Origin: Phoronis australis | Lineage: Eukaryota; Animalia; Phoronida | NCBI GenBank assembly: GCA_002633005.1 | Contig: NMRA01000724.1 | Span: forward strand, 6,328 to 70,327 | DNA: 64,000 bases | Reading direction: 5' to 3' | Shown here: positions 38,201-50,200 of the stretch, one piece after another | Layout: each line of letters begins with the position of its first letter | Position numbering within the stretch: the first letter of the stretch is position 1 | Made by a program: the position numbers and the translations under genes | Notes under the pieces: generated by a model | The model's database searches: none | Told to the model about the DNA's origin: nothing | Seen by the model: only the letters and a program-made list of their open reading frames with translations

Positions 38201-41200
38201 TGACCCAGAGACCACCCCATTCTTGGAGACTGGCGTCAGTGAAGGTGATGGTGAAGATTCTTGATTCAATTAATTTGTAAATTAAGCAGTTCTTTTTTTT
38301 AAAATCATGCCAAGATTTGTCGATAGTATCAATGGTATTAACTAGTTAGCCTTTGGTATGCTCGGTCTTGATCCTGTGACCTGCTTAAGACAATGTATGA
38401 CTTTCAAATAAATTTCCCTCTAAATATACCTAGCCTGTGTTTCCTTGGATTACATTTCGCAGCCTATTGGTATTGTACCCTTTTGGCAATATTATGTAAT
38501 ATTTTTAATTGGACACTAGCCAGTTATAGGAGTCCTGCATTTTGAGAACCAGTTGCATGCCTGTTGTTTAGTAGAAGGAGCTGGTTCTCAAAATGTGGAA
38601 TCTCTGTAGGTGACTAATACCCTACTTGTGTTATTGTAAGTAAATCTCATGTTAACGCATGTTTTCAGTCATGCTCTCCTGTGAATAGTGCATATTGTCG
38701 TGTGTGTCCGTGTGTCTCTGCATCCAGTCATCCTGTTTTCACCATTATAAATTTGTAAGAGCTTTTGTGAATTTCGTAAACCTAGAGTTGGTTATGGAAG
38801 ATAGTTTACTACATGGTTTGCTTGAGGGCGCATGTCAACGTCTTGCTCCTGTTTATCAAGGTACATTCAAGATCAAGATGTCGTTACTTTCTTTCAGTTT
38901 TTGTTCAACAGCCTTCACCCTCGCCTCAGGTTTTTCCCCGCCGACCACTTGGGGAAGTAAAAGGTACATTCAAGTGTGCATTTTTGTGTAATTGCCACTT
39001 TCCTAAGTTGTTGTTCAAACATTGCGTTCCATGCACATTACTGCTAAATTTCAAAGCAAGATTCGTGTACCTCACTGTCCAAGATTCAGAGACCCTTAAA
39101 CTATTGTTAGTCTGTGCTCAAATTATCTGAATGGAGTAATTGATTTTTGCTAAGATCAATGTATAAAATGGGCGTGACAATTTTCCAAACACATTTATCA
39201 CGCTCAAAAATGTCACAAGTTTGAGTTGTGGTTTTACACGTATGTATATGTGTTGGTGCATATTGTCATCGTCCTGTTTGCCAGTTGGTCGGTTGTCCAT
39301 TCAAAACCCCCTAATTCAAGTCATGATTGATTTGACAATTGTAGAACCCCTGGTTTCTATTAAAGATTTCAACATGACATTTGTCGTCCACAAATTTCGA
39401 TGTATTCAAACCATGCTTACTTTTCAACAGTAAATTAATTTTTTTGTTTTTACTGTTTACTAAATCAATTCTATCTTCTTTATGGACGAAAAACAAGTGA
39501 AGTATTGTAATAATATTACTTTTTATGTTCTCTTTCTTCATTCACAAAGTTAGTGCCTATCTCTTTGCTTACGAGTGTTAAAGCTTTCAACTGGATCATT
39601 GAGCATTTGGGCACTGACTAACTTATCAATCTGTAGGAATAAAAATTCAGTCATAAACTCATAACATCTCACCTAAAACTTGCTTTTAGCACCTAATAAC
39701 CCTGTTCTTGGGGCATGTCCAGTTGACTTCATTTTCTTAACCCATGTCACATATCCAAAGATGGCTGGTTGTGTGTAAACACTCGCAGCTAATTTTTGCT
39801 GTACGATAAAAAATTAAGCTTTTCTTATGTAATATTAAGAGGGTAAATGTAATTTGTGAGTTTAGACAAAATAAACTTCACCATGTTTGTTTTTAGCCAA
39901 ATTAGCTGTAGAAAGTTGAGAACAATTACTGATAACAATACGAATCATCATCTCAAGGAAATAGAAAATCCACACCAGGATCACAACTAATCAGCTAGTG
40001 AAAACAATCTGATACCAGTATGAACTTTGTAAGTGAGGTTAAAGAGCAAATAACTTTTATATCTGAGAATTTTAATTTTTTTTGAGAATTTTGCTGATTA
40101 TGGTAAACTTTTGCAGCATAGAAATGGGAAAAAGAATTTCATGTTTCTAAGGCTACCTGGAGACAGTGAAAATTAGAAATTGAATTACTCTAATGAAATG
40201 AAGCTTAGGGTGTGAGTGTTGTGCACTCATGTATTGCGCACTAATGTTTGAAATTGCCAGAATGTTGATTTCTTTTCCACATTACTGTTCTTTTTTTGAA
40301 AACCTTTAGAACAAAACTTATGACAATATGTTTTGGGCGACTTCCTTTATGTATTAGGTCTAGTGATCAGTATGTAAAAAGTTAGCTTGTCATACATGTA
40401 CTATGATTTTGGCTTTCAAGAAACAAAAACAAAACCTCTGAGTATTTCATGTGTATCAAATCTGTGAATGTGCTCAATAGGCAGATTTTTTGATAAAACT
40501 CCATCTAAAGATTGTAGTTCACATGGTATACACTAAATAAGGTATGCTCGTAGTTGAGTGTTTATAATTCCAAGTAATATTAGCAACACACCATTTTATT
40601 CTATTCAAACTTATCCACTCTCATACGATCAACACATTAAGATATTTCAGTCTTTTAAATGATTGTATAATTTATTGACGGTTTTACACTTTTTCCAGAA
40701 ATGAAGTTGGCAGATTTCTTTCACAAAGCTGGAGATGTTCTTCACCCGGACAATTGGAGAAGAGCAATGCGAGCGTTGCCAGGTACCAAGTACATGCTAT
40801 GAACATTCCCACTAAATAAAATTGGTTCTAACCCCGGTGTTTAAGGTAAACGGCGGGGTATGGAAAATTGAACTAGACCGTATTTATCCACCTTGGCTGA
40901 GACGCGCTCGGCTCATGGTCAAAGGGATGCCGCCAAGCTGCTCTATTCATCGAGTCACGAGCNNNNNNNNNNNNNNNNNNNNNNNNNNNNNNNNNNNNNN
41001 NNNNNNNNNNNNNNNNNNNNNNNNNNNNNNNNNNNNNNNNNNNNNNNNNNNNNNNNNNNNNNNNNNNNNNNNNNNNNNNNNNNNNNNNNNNNNNNNNNNN
41101 NNNNNNNNNNNNNNNNNNNNNNNNNNNNNNNNNNNNNNNNNNNNNNNNNNNNNNNNNNNNNNNNNNNNNNNNNNNNNNNNNNNNNNNNNNNNNNNNNNNN

Positions 41201-44200
41201 NNNNNNNNNNNNNNNNNNNNNNNNNNNNNNNNNNNNNNNNNNNNNNNNNNNNNNNNNNNNNNNNNNNNNNNNNNNNNNNNNNNNNNNNNNNNNNNNNNNN
41301 NNNNNNNNNNNNNNNNNNNNNNNNNNNNNNNNNNNNNNNNNNNNNNNNNNNNNNNNNNNNNNNNNNNNNNNNNNNNNNNNNNNNNNNNNNNNNNNNNNNN
41401 NNNNNNNNNNNNNNNNNNNNNNNNNNNNNNNNNNNNNNNNNNNNNNNNNNNNNNNNNNNNNNNNNNNNNNNNNNNNNNNNNNNNNNNNNNNNNNNNNNNN
41501 NNNNNNNNNNNNNNNNNNNNNNNNNNNNNNNNNNNNNNNNNNNNNNNNNNNNNNNNNNNNNNNNNNNNNNNNNNNNNNNNNNNNNNNNNNNNNNNNNNNN
41601 NNNNNNNNNNNNNNNNNNNNNNNNNNNNNNNNNNNNNNNNNNNNNNNNNNNNNNNNNNNNNNNNNNNNNNNNNNNNNNNNNNNNNNNNNNNNNNNNNNNN
41701 NNNNNNNNNNNNNNNNNNNNNNNNNNNNNNNNNNNNNNNNNNNNNNNNNNNNNNNNNNNNNNNNNNNNNNNNNNNNNNNNNNNNNNNNNNNNNNNNNNNN
41801 NNNNNNNNNNGTTTGTTTGAGCCAATACAGTATACAGCTTTCCACCAAGGCTAGGTGATGCAAGACATTATTACTTGTTCTTTGTTGCATTATAGTAACT
41901 GGTCTTGGCTAATTATCATTTTATGGCCTGGTCATCCATTCAGCCCAAAGTAGTTCCAGAGGTGGCTTATCAGCCAATTATTCACGCATGCTGACTCACA
42001 ATAGAAGCCTGATAAGAGTGAAGGTGGATAAATGCAGTGTTCCTACAGTTTCTTGTTTTAGCGGATGTGTTCATGACATGTAACTAAAAGTACTATACAG
42101 TAAAATTTGTCCATTTCGGATCCAACTGAGGTTTCATCCACCCAAGTATAGTGAATCTGACTTATTTCAGTGAAGGGCCGAGTGCATAGACTAGAACTAC
42201 CATACCGTTGAATTTTGTACAAAGTTGTGGGAAAATCTGACTTCTGCATGGCCAACTTCACAAGTTTTTACTGTATATTGCTTTTAATTTGATATCAGTT
42301 TGCAAGAAGCCTGTCCTCACAGTGTGATTTATCTGTAACGTGATGCCAACCTTTTGCAGCTGCTAGTCGCATGGACGGTTCTCATCAAAAATAGATGTAT
42401 GTTGATTGGTGCAGTACGCAGCCTCTGCGAACAATGGAAAAAAACATGGTTTTACCCAAAACATCAATTTCTGTATGACGCTATGTAGGCACACAAGTGC
42501 ATAACAATAGTACAATATTCAATTTTTAACTGTTTTGTGTAATCCTGGAAAAATGCTAATTGGATTAAATTTAATTTTCATTTATTGTGATTTAGATTGA
42601 TATTTATTTTATATTCGAAACCCTATTAGAAATGATTGTTTTTAAATTCTTTATGGGACTGTGTTTGGCTCATAAAACAGAAAGCCAAGCAACGGGCATG
42701 TGCTTGTTATGGGTAATGGGGTTAGGCTGTGGTGATGTAATTTTTTGCTGAATAGGGGAGGGAGTGATGACGGAAGGGGTTAAAAATGGTGTATTTTGTA
42801 TCATAATTTGTGAACGGTCTCTTCCAAATTTGCCGTAGGAATTTGGAACTTAAAGGCACATGGTCAATTTTAGTTCCAACTTCTTGGAAGTTATTAGCTT
42901 TGACCAGAGCTAATTGCCTATAAAACAACAAAATCCATTATGTTTTTGACTTGTGATTTGATTACACATCATTAATTCCCACCATTGGCTGCCAGACATT
43001 CGTTGAAGTCAAGGCCAACAATTTTATCAATTAAAGAAGTTTGAAATACTCCATCAGTTAACAGGTATTGGGAATTAGCAATTATACCTGCAAAGTGTTG
43101 GACTGCGATCAATGTGAGTGTGACTTTGATTCCGCCCTAGGGCTGATCTCACTGATAATGTCACTTTAAAGTTCCATGAAACGGAAGCAAAAAACTAATT
43201 TAAAAGTAAACTGTTACAGCTTTTTTTAATTCATTTTGTCTTTTGAGTATAAAAAGAAACTTCATCTTCATTTTGTTGCCATTTTTGCTACGAGTGTACC
43301 TTTCCTTTGATTAAATTGTACAAAAATGGTCAAGTTACCCACTCAGTGACAATTCAGTATCAAGCTCGCAGTTTAATTGAGTTTTTAAAGAGTATATACC
43401 AGACCATATTTTTACTGACAGAATTAGATTAGATAGATTTAAGTGTTATGTAGTAGGTATTTGGCTGTATGCGCAGGCTTGTCCATACAAACTGACGAAA
43501 CATTCATATTGTTGGTGTCTTGGAAAAAAATGGAACAGAAGCCTATAGATTTATGATGTGACTCACTGTTTTCTGTTCAAGTGTGTATAATTGACCCTCA
43601 TGTAAAAGTGAGATATTTTAAAAACAACTTCTAATAATCTAGTATTTGACAACAGTGCATAAACCACTACATCTGAAGGTTCCAATCACCCATTTCTCAG
43701 TTGACAGCTCTAGTCATGGCCACAATGTGAGGTAGTTCCTACAATTTGACAGCCGTTTGCAGCAACACTCCTCATGTGTTTGTGCTTTGCCTCCGTAGGT
43801 GCGATGAGCGGTCCAGTGGTTGCATCACAAAGAAATTGCACGGAGGGACAGGTCTTAAGATATGAATGTATCATCAAAAAATATCCTCTACATGTTTGTT
43901 TGTGCTTAGCATTTATAATAGTGTTCTGTACCATGAATTACATTGCTTACTAATAAAATAATTAGTGTTTGAAATCAGTTTTCGACAGAGATTCTGTCAA
44001 AGCTTTTGTTTACTTTTCAGGAACAGTACTAGCTGATGAAGAAATAATAACTATTGAATATAACAGGCGACTAGATGGAATAACTGAAATGAAGTACCAG
44101 GTATTGTTAGATTTTAGTTTTGGGAAGTTGAAGCTTTCTCTGATTGAGTTTTGATTTATCTTTGATTTTATTTCCTTGTTTGTAATAAGCAAAGTCTTAT

Positions 44201-47200
44201 TCACCTGACTGAAGACCGGCCTTATTTATGCTTAGACAAGAAGAACTCTCAGTCCAGTATTGCTTGAGATCTGGCTAATGGAGTTGACTTGACCCGGCAT
44301 GTCATTTGATGTGCCAAAAGTGTTATGACCGATGTATCAATCAGCATTCTATCTGTCATTTGATCAAGCCTCCCAGTAGTAGGTATTTGGACAACCGTAA
44401 TGCTATTCATGGGTGCATAACACAAAGGCGACTTGAGTGACAATAAACTGTCAGCTACTTGGCGACATCCCAAAACACATCACATCTGAGTAAGGAGCAA
44501 GTGCACAATTTGTAGTAATTAGTGAGTGAGGAACAAAAGTGGGGAATGTGTAATGGCTAGTGGTCCAAATCCGAGATCGATCTACCTCTGACTTCACCTA
44601 CATATTCATTTCTTAACAGGCTTGTTCCTGTTGGCCTACAGCAGATGATTTCCTAGCTATAGGTTTGGGCATTCACACATCACGGTTAAGATTTATACAC
44701 ATATTTGAATCATCATGCACGGTAATTGGCCTAGTGTGATGACCAGCTTAAGGTTATATAGGACCCCAGATAAATGGCCAACTTTGCAACATCATATCTC
44801 AGAAATGGCGAATCCATTCACATGAAACTTTAATATGCTTTACATTATTTATTCACTTTAATTTAAAATCCTGTTTGAAATTGCTTTTAAAATGCTCCAT
44901 TATTATGGGAGGGGCTATCGAAAATAGGGCACATTACTTTTACGAAAAATTTTTAAAGTTGCATATAACAAAAAATGAAGCAATAATTTAGAAGACTGTG
45001 AATAAAGCGTTTCTGAAATTTTATCTTGAACATTTGTATCACATGAAATTTGGCCATGTTATTGATCTTGTTGCATTGCTCTGAACGTACCTTTCATTTT
45101 TCCTATATGTTCCTAAAACGAAGGTCATGTGGTCTAATTAGTGGTAGATTTGTATTAAGTCAAAAGTCAAATTCAAAGAAAATATATACTTTTAGTTTTG
45201 TAGATATTTGGCTACAGATTGTCGATGAGGTCCTGTATAACCTTGAATATGTATTTGCATGCTCTTAACTATGCTGATGTATAGCAGGAACTAAATCACA
45301 ATGCTATTTTAACATGATCTATGCTAATGTATAGCAGGAACTAAATGACAATGCTATTTTAACATGATCTATGCTAAACAAAGTGCAGTTGTATTCACTG
45401 ACAACTTGAAAATGTGAAAACAAGAAATCCTGCAAATAGGTGACCTTTGCACTCACGTAACTGTCGTCATGCCGTGTTATTCCCCAACACCTCGTCACGA
45501 TACTTACTAGACACGGTTGAGTGATTTATGGTGGATCATTTGTTATATATAGCTTATTCTTAATAACATTTGGCAATTTTCAACCTTCTTCATATTCACA
45601 TCGTCACTATAAATTGTGTTTGAGTGGAGAGAGATCACCATCATGCTGGTGTTGTACACTTCCTATTACCTAGTGCATTTGCCTGCTGTCTACTACAACA
45701 AGATTGCTTGCAGTTAATCAACCATTCAATCTCTGTCATGTATTATCAATTAGTTCAAATAGGTTTTTGATATGGTAAGGTTTTTATGCGCTCACATATT
45801 TATATGTGGATGCATTATGCCGTCATGTCCGTCCGTCCGTCCGGTCGGCGTCCGTCCGGCGTCCGCTGCTTCATCTCCAAAACCCTTTGACTTACGTTCA
45901 TGAAATTTGGCACATATGTTCCATTTATGCATGGGACAGCATGAGCGAAATTTCAGACGGATCTGACTACCGGTGTGCCCCTAGTGGCAATTTTAGTTTA
46001 TTACGCTTACCAAGTTTGTATCTTCAAAAGTCCTTAACGGATTTTCATGAAATTCGGTATGTAGGCACCTACTTGTGAGGTGACGCTATCCTCCCATTTT
46101 CGGATGGATTTGACGTAGTTTGCGCCACCTAGTGGCCATTTTTACTGTTTTCGAGTCTGTTTTTTTGCGTCCACCCCTTTACCAACCAAACTGCTCAAAG
46201 GATGATTGTGAAAATAGGCATGTAAGAGCTTACTATAAAGAGGACGGTTGACGTTGATTTTCCGACGATTTCGACTACTGTGGTGCCTCTTAGTGGCAGT
46301 TTTGTTTTTTTTGCGCCTGTATCTCCTAAACCGTTCGGATTTTTACGAAGTTTAGTAAGTGTATTTATATCAATGATGTTAACAATGGACGATGACAACT
46401 TTTGGACAGATCCGACTACCGGTGTGCTCCCTAGTGGCACTTTTATTTTTTTACGTTTACCTTTGTATCTTCAAAAGTCCTTAACGGTTTTTCATGAAAT
46501 TTAATATGTAGGTACCTATTAGTGAGGTGACGCTATCCTCCCGTTTTCGGATGGATTCGACATAGTTTGCGCCACTTAGTGGCCATTTTTACTGTTTTTT
46601 GCATCCACCCCTCTATCAACCAAACCGCTCAAAGGTTGATTGTGAAAATTGGCATGTATGTGCTTACTATAAAGAAGACAGTTGGTGATGATTTTTCGAC
46701 GATTTCGACTACTGTGGCGCCTCCTAGTGGCAGTTTTGTTTTTGTTGCGCCTATGTCTGTATCTCCTAAACCTTTCGCAGGATCTTTACTTAATTTAGCA
46801 AGTGTATTTATATGATGTTGACTACGGATGACGAGGACTTTCGGACAGATCTGACTTCTGCTGTGCCCCCTAGTGGCAATTTTAATTTTTTTACGTTTAA
46901 CTCAGTTTCGTTAAAGATCCTCAACAGATTTTCATAAAATTTTAAATATAGGCATCTATTGGTGTGATGACGCTATCTTCCTGTTTTTGGATGGAATCGA
47001 GGTATTTTGGAACATCTAGTGACCATTTTTTGCTGTTTTCAAATCTTGTTTTTGGTGTCCACCCCTGTATCAACCAAATCATTTGAAAATTGGCATATAT
47101 GTTCTCAGTGTGAAGATGACCTTTGATGATGGTGACTGACTACTGTGGCGCCTCCTAGTGGTAGTTTTGTTTTGCGCCCATTGTTGTATCTCCTAAACCC

Positions 47201-50200
47201 ACTGCAGGAATTTTGCTAAATTTAGTATAGTGTATCTATATGAAGATAACAACAGACGACGACGACTTTCAGGCGGATCCAACGGACACTGTGCCCACTA
47301 GTGGCAATTTCATTTTATTCTGTTTTCCTTTGTTTCTCTGAAGTTCATTGGCAGATTTTAATGAAATATGGCATGTTCCTGTTTTTGAATGGATTGTATG
47401 TTATTACGCCATCTAATGGCCATTTGTATGATACAAATGAATAACCCTAAAAGCACACCATTTGCATTTCAACGCTCCGCATTGCTCTTGTTGTTATGGT
47501 AAAGGTTTTTTAGGTTACTTTTTATGCACCCACGTATATCTATGTGGGTGTCTCCTAAACCCGTCACAGGATCTTGATGAGATTTGGCTGATGTGTTCCT
47601 AGGAAGCTGATGGCTGATGATGATGAACTTCGGACCAATCCGACTACAGATGTGCCCCCTAGTGGCAATTTTATTTTGTTTACGTTTGCCTCTGTATCTT
47701 CTTAGGTCCTCAATGGATTTTCACAAATGTGACAGATGGGCATCTATTAGAGAGATGACATTATCCTCCCATTTTCAGATGAATTTGAGGTATTTTGTGT
47801 CACCTGGTGGCCATTTTTACTGTTTTTGAGTCTGTTTTGTGGCGTTCGTCCCTCTGTAAACCAAACCACTCTAAGGATGATTGTGAAAATTGGCATGTAT
47901 GTTCTTACTGTGAAGAAGATGACTGATGATCTTCTGACGACTGCGATGCCTCCTAATGGCAGTTTTGTTTGTTTCTGCACCTATGGCTGTATCTCCTAAA
48001 CGCTCGACAGGATCTTTATTGAATTTAGCAAATGTATTTAAATGAGGTTCATAACGGACAATGGCGACGTTCGGACAGATCGAACTACCGGTGTGCCACC
48101 TAATGGCAATTTTATTTTTTTTGCGTTTACCCCTGTATCTTCAAAGATCCTCAATGGACTTTCATGAAATTCGGCAGATAGGCACCTATTAGTGAGGTGA
48201 TGCTATCAATTCGTTTTCGGATTGATTCAAGGTATTTTGCATCACCTAGTGGCCATTTGTATGTGCCCACATATTTATGGGTCATCTCTGTCTGTCTGCC
48301 GTCTGGCATCCACAGCTGTATCTCCTAAACTTCTTAAAGGATCTTGATGAGATTTGAAAGATGTGTTCCTATGAAGCTGACGACGAATGACGACAAATTT
48401 TGGACCTCTCCGACTACTGGTGTGCCCCCTAGTGGCAATTTTAGTTTTTTTACGATTACCTCTGTATCTTTGGTGATCCTCAGCTGACTTTCAGAAAATT
48501 TGGCTGTCAGGCATCTGTTAGTGAGAAGATGCTATCCTCTCATTTTTTGGACCGATTCAAGGCCGTTTTTAATGTTTTCGAGTCTGCTTTTTGGCATCCG
48601 CCCTTCTATCACCCAAACCGCTTTAGGGATGATTTTGGAAATTGGCATAATAATATGTATTCTTACTGTGAAGAGAGCGGCTGACTATGATTTTTCGAAG
48701 ACTTTGACTTTTGTGGCGTCTCCTAGTGGCAGTTTTGTTTGTTTTTGCACCCATGGCTGTATCTCCTAAACGCTTTACAGTCTTTATTGAATTTTGCTTG
48801 TGTATTTATTATGCACCCACGTATTTATATGTGGACGCATTATGCGGTCATCTCCGTCAGTCCGGCGTCCGCTGTTCTATCTCCAAAACGCCTTGATGTA
48901 TGTTCATGAAATTTTGCACGTGTTCCTTCCGTGGATAGGACGGCATGAGCGAACTTTCAGACGAATCTGACTACCGGTGTGCCCCCTAGTGGCAATTTTA
49001 TTTTTTTACGTTTACCTCTGTATCTTCAAAAGTCCTGTACGGCTTTTCATAAAATTTGGTATATAGGCACCTATTAGTGAGATGACGCTATCCTCTTGTT
49101 TCCAGATGGATCTGACGTAGTTTGCGCCACCTAGAGGCCATTTTTACTGTTTTCGAGTCCACCCCTCTATCAACCAAATCGCTCAAGGGATGATTGTGAA
49201 AATTGGCATGTACGTTCTTACTATGAAGTGGATGGCTGACGATGATTTTCCGTCGACTTTGGCTACTGTGGTGCCTCCTAGTAGCAGTTTTGTTTTTTTG
49301 CGCCTATGGTTGTATCTCTTAAACTGTTCGCATGATCTTTACTAAATTTACTAAGTGTATTTATATGATGTTAACAACAGAGGATGACGACTTTCAGATG
49401 GATGTGGCTACTGGTGTGCCACCTAGCGGCTATTTTATTTATTTTACCTTTACGTATGTACAAAGGTCCTCAATGTATTCTCATAAAAATTGGCATACAG
49501 GCATCTGAGATGACACTATCTCTCTGTTTTCAGATGTATTCGACCTAGTTTGCACCACCTAGTGGCCATTATTACTGTTTTCGAGTCTGATTTTTGGCGT
49601 CCACTCATCTATCAACCAAACAGCTTTCAGGATAGTTGTGAAAATTTGCATGTATGTTTTTACTGTGAAGTGGACAGCTGACGACCATTTTCCGATGATT
49701 TCGACTACTGTGGTGCCTCCTAGTGGCAGTTTTTTTTTGCCCTCATGACTTTATCTATTAAGCCGTTTGCAGGATCTTAATTACTTAATTGAGCAAGTGT
49801 ATTTACATGATGTTGACAATGGATGATGACTTTCAAACGGATCTGACTACTGGACAGGTGTACCCCCTAATGGCAATTTTAGTTTTTATGTTTACCAATT
49901 TGTATCTTCAAAGGTCCTCAACAGATTTACATAAAATTTTGAATATAGGCATCTATTGGTGAGATGACGCTATCATCCTATTTTTGGATGGAATTGAGGT
50001 ATTTTGCGCCACCTGATGGCCATTTTTGCTGTTTTCAAATCTTGTTTTTGGCGTCCACCCTTCGATCAACCAAATCATTCTAGGTATGGTTTTGAAAATT
50101 GGCGTGTATGTTTTCAGTGTGAAGAGGACGTTTGATGATGGCGACTGACTACTGTGTCGCTTCCTAGGTAGTTTTGTTTTGTTTTGCGCCCATAGCTGTA

